Source: Podarcis erhardii (Eukaryota). Taken from it: a DNA stretch of 64,000 nucleotides. Numbering within the stretch: the stretch's first letter is position 1; every line of letters starts with the position of its first letter. Position numbers and translations under genes: made by a program. A model generated the notes under the pieces. That model saw only the letters and a program-made list of their open reading frames with translations. It searched no databases and was not told the DNA's origin. Positions 51,401-63,400 of the stretch are shown here, piece by piece. The DNA lies in the NCBI GenBank assembly GCA_964252035.1, contig OZ176200.1. One strand, written 5' to 3'.

Positions 51401-54400
51401 CTCTATAAATTCATAGAAAATCAACCATACATCAGATTTGCACTCTTCCACTTTTATTTTACTCCATGAAGGAAGGACTACAAAATGGGGAAGGTTTGAT
51501 ACAAGGCAGCCATAATCCCATGAGCATACCAGCACATACAAAGGAGCCCTGCCCAGTTGCTATGCCAACCCTGATGGTCCTAGACAGAAGACCATCAAGA
51601 TCACAAAGAACTTGCATATGGGAGTGGATTCAGCACGGACTGGAACAAAGGACAATAATCAGCTCTTCCCTCTGGGGGCAGGAAACTGCAAACTTCCCTC
51701 TGTCACCTGGAAAGTACTCATGGGGAGGGGGAAAGGGGGAACCAGCCAAGTGACAGGACACTCAGGTTACCACCACAACTCCTCCCTCAACCCCTGCTTT
51801 CTGTGATGAAGGTGTGATGTATCTGAGGGGTGATCTTAGGTTACACCCCTTCTGTGATGTATGTATGATGTTTCTGGGGGTGGTCTTGATCTACAGGGTG
51901 GCAATTTCAAAAGTCTTTATAAGGCCTTGCACACCATTTTTCTGGGTCCTTTCTCTCTCCTGCAAGTGAGGGAAGCACCCTGTTGCAACAGATCAATAAA
52001 GGCCAAGCCTACAGGCTGCTGTTTTGCTCCAAGTAATCCTGGTTGGTGTCTTTGTTTTTGTCCAAGGGAGCCCTCAGATTTTTACATTAACAGTGAAAAC
52101 TAGATTCCACCACCAATAGCCTGCCTCAATTCAAAATTGCTTGATAACTACATGAGATGCAATGATAAGACTTTTTCTTCATAGGGGACATTGAAAAAAA
52201 TCATACAGTAGGACATCTATTATTCTACAAGGGAACCATAGGTGCTTTGGCTGGTCTGTGCTGGTATACACACAACGGCACCTCAAAGGTGAGGGAGAAA
52301 TTACTCTGCATGCACTTAGTTGGCAGGGTACCTGGAATAGTGAGGCGAGGGTGAAGTTCGATGGAATGCAACAAGCTCTGGCCCTGAAAACCATTTACAT
52401 GACTGAGTCCTAGAGAACGTGACTGAATGCATCAAAGGTGTACTACAATACTACTTACATCACTAGCAATGTCCCTTGATGCTTTTGCAGATTTCACTGA
52501 GATTGCTTCAGCGGTGAGGTCATAACCTTTCTTCAACAATTCTTCCCATCCAAGTTTGTACAGTTTCTAATATGGAAAGCAAGAAGAGCAAAAAAAAAAA
52601 GCTCAGTACATAACAGGCATTTCTTCCACTGGAGTTATATATCAGAATATATTTTTGGAATATTTGAGTGTAGAACAGTTAAGAAATTGCACAAAGAACA
52701 CCAAATAGCTCTTAGCTTCCCTCAAAACTCCTGCGCTGTTATAGCTAGGGCGGAGTTAAATTTCATGAGCGAACATTTTTTGTTGGGGGGAAAAAAGGTG
52801 AATGACTGAGCCCCTTGAAATATTCTTCAAAAGATGCTTCTAAGCCTTTTTTACAGTGGCTCACTCCCAATCTTTATTGCCTCAGCTGGCAGGTGCTTGG
52901 GCATCCCACCCCCCAATCCCTCAACACCGCAAAAAGGAGTCTTGCTGGCTATATGATCCTGCCAAGCACAGATCATGAAGCTAGGGAGATGTCACAATGC
53001 CAAAAATGGGTAAACCTTGCTGCCCTAATTTTTGCAGCCCTGGCTTTTTCTTTTTCAAAAGGCTATTGCTGAAACAGGAGGTGCTTTTCACAAGATGAGG
53101 CATTTTTTTAAAAAGGGCATCTCACCACCTGTTTCAACTCATTCTAGTATTGCCCAAGGAGAAATCCTAAAATTTGCTTCAGATTTCATTTGAGGTGAAA
53201 TCTGGTGACGATCTAGATATGTTCAGAGACCCCTGAGAAATTCTGTTAGTGTTTTCCAAACTCTTGGCTTTCCCTGTTGTTCATTCAAAAGGTGGCGGGA
53301 AGGTTCTGAAATTTCCTTAAAATGCTGCTTTAGATAAAATGTGATGACAATACAGAGACGTGCAGAAAGCCCTGGGAAATTTCACTAGTGTGATCACAAA
53401 TCTAGTCCTGCCCCAAAACTCCTCTTGTTTGTTCTGACACGAAGCACTTGCTTCAGATTTCACATCAGGTGAATGTCAAATACAATTGGAAATGACCTTC
53501 CAGCAACTAAAGAAAACAAAGGCATTCCTACAAAATATATCTGAGCCAGAGAATGTGCATATGAATAGTATATTAACCAACACAACACATTGTTACATAT
53601 TTCTATACCTGGCTGTAATTGTACTTGTTTGCTTTGGCTTGCATAATGTCGGGTGTGTCTGGCATCACGTGAATCTTCGTCTTATCCTTCTCCCACGCAT
53701 CTATATATGAATGCTATTAGGAAAAATAAAACAAGATAAATCAATGCAATTTGCATTTATACGTGCAGTAATGTTGCCATATTAATTTTAAAGTTGTTTA
53801 TCTTTTTTTTTACACTTTTAGATATCGCAGCCATTTGGTATGATATCACACCACACAGAAGCCATTTTGTTTTATGCCATACACTCAGCAGTGGCCATTT
53901 TGTATTATGCAAAACACCAGGGCAGACATTTTGTTATGCCATGTCCCTATAGCAGCCATTTTGTGACTGGCACTCATAGCACCCTCTCAAAATTCCAAAT
54001 GTACCCAATTGGTCCAAACAAAGCAGATTCTTTTTACACTGGCTAACGACAGTCACCTTATTCATAACACCAGCATTGTGTTTCGCAAGTTCCATGTCCA
54101 TTGAGTCCATCAGCTTCTTAAATGGGAAAAGGCTTGGATGCTGGCGGTACTTCGAATCACTTGCAATTTCAGTGGCTTTCTTACTCTTTTCAATATCCAG
54201 TGACCCAGCAGGACTCCAACCAAGTCCTTTGTACCATTCGTTGTAATCTTGTTTGTATTCATGCTGCAGGTGGAAGAGAATAACACACAGCCAAAGTTGA
54301 GCAGCTATAGTTGCAGCAACATAAAGCATCTGCAAACACACGAGAAATATAGCCACTGACTAGTAGTGAAAAGAGAATGCAAGGTCTTACATTGCTTTGA

Positions 54401-57400
54401 ATCCGGTTCATGTTTCTTGCCAGTTCTACATTAATGGCATCTGGCAGGAGGATGTATTTGTGGATGAGCCTTTTGTAGTTGGTGTTGGTGATATTTGCTT
54501 GAGCTTCCTTGGCAGCCATGACGCTGAAAGTATCAGCTGGGGTGCTGTACTTGGTCTTGCTGGTTTCGTAGGCTTTCTTGTACTCGCGATCTGACTGCAT
54601 CTTAGCTACTTGCATGTAATGAACAAGCTTTGGGTCATCTTGGAGGCTGCGGAAGCCAACAAGTTTGCCCTTATCCATTTCATATCCCAGTTTGTATTTG
54701 TACTGCACAGAAGAAGACAAACAGAACATAAGCAAGGAAGTAAAATTTAATCTCAGGTAGGTTAGAAATGCAACATTTCTTCACCTGTGATAAATTAAAT
54801 GAAAAGTGTACATGAGGTTGAACATAAAAACTAATAAAATATGACAGTGGGTCAGATCCAAAGGTGTCGCTCCATTTTGTCCCAGATAAGGCTGTCTTTG
54901 TATCAGCTTCCCACCCTGTATTCCCCAGCACCACCTCCCCTGTCGTTCTGGAGAGGACCCCAACCTTCTAGAGCAGATTTTCAGTGGCATAGGAAAAGCA
55001 GGACTCCAGACCCATTGGGGCAGTGGGAACACTTTTTCTGCTCACAAAACCTTTGGATCTGATGCAACGTATGAACTTCAGCTTTTAGAGTAATTTAAAA
55101 TATTTTGGCCTTAAAAACTTACATCACTGGCAATGTCTCGGGAAGCCTTAGCAGCTTTAATGGGGATTGCATCAGCCCTCAGATCATATCCCTTCTTCTT
55201 ATCTTCTTCCATGGAAAGTCTGTACATTTTCTGTGTATTCAAAGAAACAAAAGAATAAAGGCTTTGTAGTGAATGCTTTTGTATGGAGAGAACATTCCTT
55301 CCAACTGCTGGGTAAAGCTTTCTTGACTTTTTTCGGGCTTTCATTTACTTTTTTAAAAAAAGTTGTTTGGAAAAATGAAATTAAAGGTGGACTATAAATA
55401 CTCTAATAAATTGTGTCAATGGGGAATCATAATGCAGGACTATACCCCGTAGGTAATAGCTCTTTATGCTAGCTCATTAGCAGTTCTTTATCTTTAGCAC
55501 TACATGAAAGCCGAATACAACCCCAACTATCTACCTAGCCCTCATACTTACATTGCTGATGTTGAATGCATTGACTTTTGCCAAAACAAGCTCAGGGATA
55601 TCTGGAGTGATGTTAATCTTGATCTTGTCTGCTTCCCAGTCCTTTTTGTAAAGGTGCTGAAAAGGCAACGCAAAACTTATATCACCATCTCTAAAAATCA
55701 CTTACAATTGTTTATTTTCCTCTAAGAGGAGATGCATTAGACCCTTTTGCTTTGCTACATATTTGAAAAAGCTGCTACTCGAATGTCTAAGATTAATGGG
55801 CCTTGTGCAACTAACAAAGGGATATCCAATATTAATCATACTCAGAGCAGGCCCATTAAATCAGTGGATTTAAGTTACTTAAATCCGTTGATTTCACTTG
55901 AGTTAGCAAAATATCACCCTTGGTTAGGATCCTATATATACCGTATATATATATAAACAACCCTGCTATCTGAATAACTGGAGACACCTTTTTCGATTAC
56001 AAGTTTTAAAAATCTATTAGCTAACCAATTCTTAATTTAAAAAATGCAGGCTTACTTTATATTAACAAATGCACAGGACAGTTTTCAGGCTGGTTAAGCC
56101 TAGTGTTCCACGTCCTGCCTAAAACTTTAGATTCTGACAGTTCTGATTCAGCACAAGCCAGCATAAATCAGGGTTCATTTTGTTTCTTGTGGAATCACAA
56201 AGCAAACAGTAACCATGTGCTAAGATGGCAACCTGTTTGTTGATCTGGAATAAAACACACAATTCCATGGGAAAATATTACCCAGGGAATCCAAATAATT
56301 AGTTAACTATTGCTACTTTTCTGTAATGCCTTGGAACAAGAAGACCAACCAGTAGAGACTCTTTTGCAAATGTTTTGCCTCATAATGTTGGCAAACCTCC
56401 TTTGAAAAGAGACGTGTGAAATTTACGCATGGGTGTGCTCTCACATGACCTAATGACATATTTACCTTAGAGTAATAGATAAATTCATCTTATCATGAGG
56501 AGAGAAACAGGCACCCTAAACTGCCACACACACAGAGCAATTTTAGCATGTGAGAAAATGACACAGAAATCAAAGAAAGGAGAGGTGGTAGAAGAACACA
56601 AACCAATTCAACCCTGACTACACCAGTAAGTCTTACTGACCAGATATCAAAGCAATGCCATTATTAGTAACAACTTGTTGAGCAGGAAATATTATAAAAT
56701 TAATAATGAAATCTCGGGGGGGGGGCTATAAATATGACTCCATAATTTATACAATAGTATAAAATCAGTAAAGTAGGAAAGCTTGCCTCCTGCACAACTG
56801 CCCTATCATCATGCATTTATGAATTTTAACTTCTGTGTGTTTCCAGTTCTCAATTAAGTCAACAAGTCACAGATTAGTTGGTGGGATTAATTTGTTTGTG
56901 AAATCGCAGGAGAAGTTTCTGCTCAGCAGCAGCTTTCCTATGCTAGGCTTATTTGCTTACCCCGTCCATGGTCTTTGCGTTTTGTGTAGCCAGGACCATG
57001 GGCATAGAATCCATCTTGATAGAATACTTGAGTTTGTCTGGATGCTGCCTGTATTTCTTCTCACTGACGATCTCCATGGCTTTCTTGTTCTTCTCGGCTT
57101 CTAAAGATCCCAATGGAACCCACCCAACCCCCTTCATGAATTCATCGTAGTCCGCTTTGTACTGGTTCTGGAGACAAAATGAAATTAAACAGGTGAGAAA
57201 TGTTAGATAAACTGCCAGTTTATTTTTAATGCAGCCGTGTTTACTTGCAAAAATTGCACGCACTTGCACAGCAGAAAAGAAATCCAATGCATTGTGCCGT
57301 GGTTTTTTTGTACTAATCAGTTAAGCTCTACCTTTTCAGGATAGCAACTTCATATTTAGCCTGCTTCTTTGTAAGCATTTCAAAACTTAAAAATGCATAC

Positions 57401-60400
57401 TAATATTGTGCTGTATTGTTGCTTTTAAAATTATCACCACAAAATTCTTTACACAGTCTTCTTCAGTCTAAGACCATGCACATTTATTGAAACACAAACA
57501 TTTTGCAAACATTTGCATATATGGTTTACAAAAGTCTCTTTCCTCAGGTTGTACAGTCTTTCTGACAAATCAGGTACATTTGTTGTGAGACATTAGTGCT
57601 GAGTATAGTATAAGGTTGGGGAAGAAGGGTGGGAGAGGAGGGGGGAGTAGTGAGGCTTATATTCGTTTGTACAGTGTACGTGTTGGGTTTTGTGTCAGAG
57701 TCAACTGGGTAGGTTCTCTTTCTGTTCGTTTATTACATTTCCTTGGTAGTGAGAGGTATTGGGGGCAGGGTGTGGTTGGTTGCAATTGGCTGCAGTGGGG
57801 CTTGTTTGCATTTGTAAGGGGAGGGGGAGTCAGGAAAGCTTGGGCATATGGATTTGGAGGGTTAAATAGTCTGAATCTATAATTCAGTGGTTTTTCAAAG
57901 TCTTTTACTTACATTACTCTGAATCTGCATCATGTTTTTGGCCAGTTCCAGGTTCATAGAATCAGGCAAAACATTATACGTGTGGATAATATTCCTGTAG
58001 TTTGTATCCGTTGCCACTTCCTGTGCTTTCTTGGCTGCCACCACACTGAACATGTCAACTGGGGTGTGGAACCGGGTCTTTGACTTCTCATAGTCCTTCT
58101 TGTATTCACGCTCCGACTGCATCTTAGCAACTTGCATGAAGTGCACCAGTTTAGGATCGTCTTCCAGACTACGGAATCCAATGTGTTTCCCTTTGGCTTG
58201 CTCAAAGGCTAGTTTGTATTTGTACTGTAAGCAGAAAGGTGGGGTGAGGGGCAGGGGGAGAGAGAAACTCAGTTAAGACTACCACCTTACTGAACATGGC
58301 AAAACAACCATTTTACATTTCAAATAAGTTTATGAGTTGCTTTTTTATATATATAAAAAACAACAACTACTATAAAATTTTCAAAATAAAAAGGCTTGGG
58401 AACCATTATTATGCATAAGGATCCCCAAACAGCAAACAGTGGAATAGATCTTTTTAGTGGAAGCACTGTGCAAATACCTTCTGCTTGTGCAACAGGGCTT
58501 TCCTTCCCCCAGCAAGCTCTGAAATGCGTTCTGAAAGAACCCCCAGAACAGCATGCAGGAGAGTCATTCTCTCTGGCAAAATTGCCCTGATAGCACATTA
58601 CGTTAGCACAACATTGAATTCCTCCCAAAGTGCTAAATTCAAAAACTTTTATTTATCCCCTTGCCCATTTAATAATAAGTGAAACTATCAACCCAAAGGA
58701 CTTGTATATACTTCAGCCACAATCTAATAAAGTACCCTTAAGCTCTTTAAAATCAGTAAACCTTATTTTGCATGCACAATTGTGGCCATAATTTAGGGTA
58801 GGGATTGCTCTAGAGTAGGGGCCATCATTAATCCCTAGTAAATTATCTCTATCTTTTCTTCATTGATGTACATCTGTGCTAGAGGTAAGTGCAATGGGCA
58901 CAAAGAAACATATTCTTGCAGGATCGTCTTTGAGTAGGTGATTTTCAAAAGCCATGGGCTCCAAACAAAGCTTATGAAAGCAATAGTATAATAAGAACCA
59001 TTTCTCAGATTTGCCCAGGTGGACTCAGAGAACATAAGGTATCCTAACATGGGAGGAAGGGCTAATTGAGAATGGTAAGTCTCGGGATAAATCAGTCTTT
59101 TCTCATGAACGCAACGGAAAAATGAAACTTACATCACTTGCAATATCCCTTGAAGCTTTGGCTGCTTTTATTGAGATAGCATCTGGCCTCAAATCATAGC
59201 CTTTCTTTTTGTCTTCTTCCCAGCCAGCCCTGTATAGTTTCTTTTCAAAAAAAGGAAGAAGGGAAGATTGGTAAAGGGGAGGTTGTAAATTAAAAACAAA
59301 ACACACTTCTCATATATTAGGTATACAGAATGGGAGGTAGAATACTCTTTGTCATTTGAAATCTTACATCGCTCATGGTGACTTGGTTGAACTTGGACAA
59401 GATTATCTCTGGTGTGTCGGGCATCACGTGAATTTCTGCCTTCTCTTTGTTCCATTTTTCATTGTACAGTCTCTGCAGTTCATAAAAAAAGAGTAGACTT
59501 GAAGATGTCGCTTTCTGTTTTTACTTTTGCAGGTTGCAAATTATTGGTTGATTTGGCTTACACATGCTCGGCCATTAATGCACACTGAATTTTTTACACA
59601 AGCCCCTCTGAAATAAATAGAGATCCTAGCCTCCAGAAGAAGTTACAGATCAGAGGGAATCACCACCTTGCAGGGATGACTCTGCAAATCAAAACCCGAT
59701 CTTTGGGTTTACCACATTAGATTAAATTTTCTTACAAAACTCAATAATGTACTCCACTTAAGTTTTTAACAATGCAGTTTTCTTGTGCTCCTAAACCTTC
59801 ACAAAGGCAAGCATAATTGTCTGATTTTACTCTGTGTTTACGCACCATGGCACAAGACAAGTGAGAAGGGGGTTTGGTGTGAATCTCTCAGAACAATCGC
59901 AGGCAGGTCTACTAAAAAATGAGACCTACTGAGTTCAGTGGAACTTATTCCTAGGCAACTGAATGTAGGAATGAAGCCTCATACACTTCTAATCCCTGCT
60001 GTCCACATCCATGAAGACACTGGTCTGCAATGATTCTTTTTTGTCCATGTGGCAGATTTCACTACTGCGGTATCTTGGTTTACGAACTTAATTCGTTCCG
60101 GAAGTCCATTCTTAAACCAAAGCATTCTTAAACCAAGGTGTGCTTTCCCATAGAAGCAGGGGACTCAATTTACAAATGGAATACACTCAACAGGAAGCGG
60201 AACATGTTCTGCTTCCAAGGCAAAGTTCACAAACCAAAACATCTACTTCCGGGTTTGCAGTGTTCTTAATCCAAGTTGTTCATAAACTAAGCTGTTCTTA
60301 AACCAAGGTACCACTGTATTGTGAAACCATCAGGCAACTGGCTGCCAGAGTACATATTTATTTTACTTTAACCATATTCTATTATACTTCAATTGTATAT

Positions 60401-63400
60401 AATAAATCAATACATTTTAATGTAATTGCATTTAATTATTTTTTGAATATGCATTGTGCGAAGTTAGTAGTATTTTCTTTGGGTCAATCTACTGTCCAGC
60501 AACTTCATCAGGTACACCAAAATCAATCACTTCTACACAAATGACTCAGGGTTAGTATTACTTCTAGTAAGTGCTAGTATCCATTGGTGAACAACACTGA
60601 GAAATCACACCTGTTACTTTGACTCTAAACTATTGAGACATAAAGTTTATATTTAAAAAATGAGCCATATCCCTCTGAGGTTTTTCTTTCCTTTACCTTG
60701 TTCATCGTAACAGCATTTTGTTTCGCCAGCACTTGCTCCATAGCAGTCATGTCAATAGTGTATTTCAGCTTGTCTGGGTGCTGACGGTATTTCTTTTCGC
60801 TAATGATTTCGGAGGCCTTCTTTGCCTTCTCCACTTCCAGAGACTGGATCGGCACCCAGCCTACTCCTCTCAGCCAGCTATTGAAATCTGCTTTGTAAAG
60901 ATTCTTTAAAGGAAGGGAAAAAATGGAGAATAATTTGATGTGGAAAAGATCTGTTTCAACCTTCACAATACCCCAAAGCAATGATTGTGGGCTTAAACCG
61001 GATTGGAAGATGGTTGTGTCCATAGGAGCAAGCTGCTAGGGACCGAGGGGGCCTGCCCTCCCCAAAGTTGATGGGCATTGCTATTCAAATGGTGTGCATT
61101 GTGATCAATCATGTGGGGTGGGGCTTACCTGAGCCCCCCCTCCCATATTTTACTCAGGTTGGCCCATTTGGTCATGTGTGTGCGGATAAGATGTGTTTGA
61201 GTGAGGTTTGTGTCTGGATAGCTGTGTCTGAATAAGGGTCTGTGTGTGACAGAAGGGAGGGGAGAGAGAAAAGACTGGGTTTCCTCCACCCACTTTTGAC
61301 TTTGGCCTTTCCGTTTTGGTCCTTGGATCCACACCCACTGCTGCTCATGCACCACTCCCTCCATCCACCTCAAAGGAATGGGATGTGAGCCCATCTCTCC
61401 TGCTCCATCTTTTATTGAAGTCCATTAATTCCAACAGGTTAATTTTGGCTTGTGTGGGAAATATTATTTCTAAAAGTGTGATGAAAGGAAAGGATACCTG
61501 ATCCCAAGGTTAGGTTAATCAGCCTTATCTGAACCCGGAAAAAAACTCAGAACAGATGCAACAGGACAAAAGCCTAGCAGAGCATCCTACCTTGAGACTT
61601 CCCAAGCTGCTAACAACATCCACAACCTTGTTATCACCGTGGGATTGCTTTATTACATATTTCAATTATGGTGGCTCATATGTTAATGATTTAATGGGAA
61701 TCTTTTATGGCTTATGTTTTTACTGTATATTTTAATTATGAATGTCTATATTTTAATTGGTATAATTGGTGTTTATACTTGTAAACCACTTAGAAACCCA
61801 TCTTGGCAATGAAGTGGTATATAAATTAATTAAGATATCAAGAACAACCAACAACTACATCTTCAAAATACATACATCACTCTGAATCTGCATCATATTT
61901 CTTGACCGTTCCACACTGATGTTATCGGGCAAAAGGGTATAATTATGCAGAGACGTTCTATAGTTTGTGTCGGTGATCACTTCCTGGGCCTTTTTAGCAG
62001 CTATCACACTGAACATGTCCATGGGCAAGTTATACTTGGTCTTGCTGCTTTCGTAGTCCTTCTTATATTCACGTTCCGATTGAAGTTTGGCCACATTCAT
62101 ATAATGGACCAATTTAGGATCGTCTTGCAGGCTGCGGAAGCCAACTTGCTTTCCTTTATCTTTCTCATATGATTCCTTGTACTTGTACTAGGGGAAAATC
62201 AAGTCAAAGGAACAAAAATTAAACAGGCAAACATTCATTCTGCACACTGGGGGGAAAAACCAGTAGAACAACAGTAGATATTTGGTATTCTATTGTTGTC
62301 TCCACCCTTACTTTCTGGCTATCACACCCTTTTCCAACATTTTAAAAGTAATTTTAAATTTGTGAATATTTAATTATTTTGACCTAAGTCCAGAACACTA
62401 TATTTTCCACTTTCTTGGTCCCCTCATGTCCTGCTTTCCCTTCCCTTCCCTCCGAGCCTCCTACCCTCTTTCTCTCTGGAGGTATTGGAGGTGGCAGATA
62501 ACTATAGTCCTAGTGCTTTTATTTTGAAAGAGAAATGCTGTCCAATCTCCCAGATTTCCCAGAAAAAGGCCCAGTGTTTTCTGAGGAATCATCACAATTA
62601 GTCACCATAGATGGCCAATGTCCAAGAAAAAAAATATAAGCAGAACCTGGATGGTTGCCCTGGTCTTCCTTGTCCCACCCCACCCCCAAAAGGAGCTTGT
62701 CTCTTCCTGCTCGAAATTTCTCAAACGAATAATGAATTGATTAGTAATTCCCCCTACTGATGTAGATGCATTCCTGAGAATAACAGGGTAAACAATGAAA
62801 AAATTGATTCTGCTGAACAAATAATATCAAATTAACTTCATTAAATGTTCAAAGGCATAGTTTTGAGGTGGTTCAACTGCATTGCATGCATAAGACCCCA
62901 GGTTAAATCTTTGACACATCTCAGGTGGCAGGGCTAGAGAGGTGGGGAATACCTTGCATTGGATCCTAAAGGGAGTCGTTCGCTAGGCAGGCAAATAATC
63001 TGACTCAGTCAAAAGCAGCTTTAGATGCTCAAGGCAGTTCTGAATTTTTATCTAGATGCAACTTACGTCACTGGCAATGTTTCGTGAAGCTTTTGCAGCA
63101 ATAATAGGAATGGCATCCGGCTTCAGATCATACCCTTTGGCAATTAACTTCTTATAGTCCGCTTTGTAAGAATGCTTAAAAAGAAGAATGAATATTCATA
63201 GTAAGAAGAATCACAGCAGCACAGTCAAAGGGCAATATTATTCTAGTATACTGAGCAAAAACATCCATGTGGGTTTCTGACATTATTAAGGATGATCCAC
63301 AAGATATGTGTATACAGCAAACACAATGATATCATTTTTTAAAATATAATAAAAAAGGGTCGGCAGCTTCACTCCAAAACAGAATCCCCAACTATTACTG

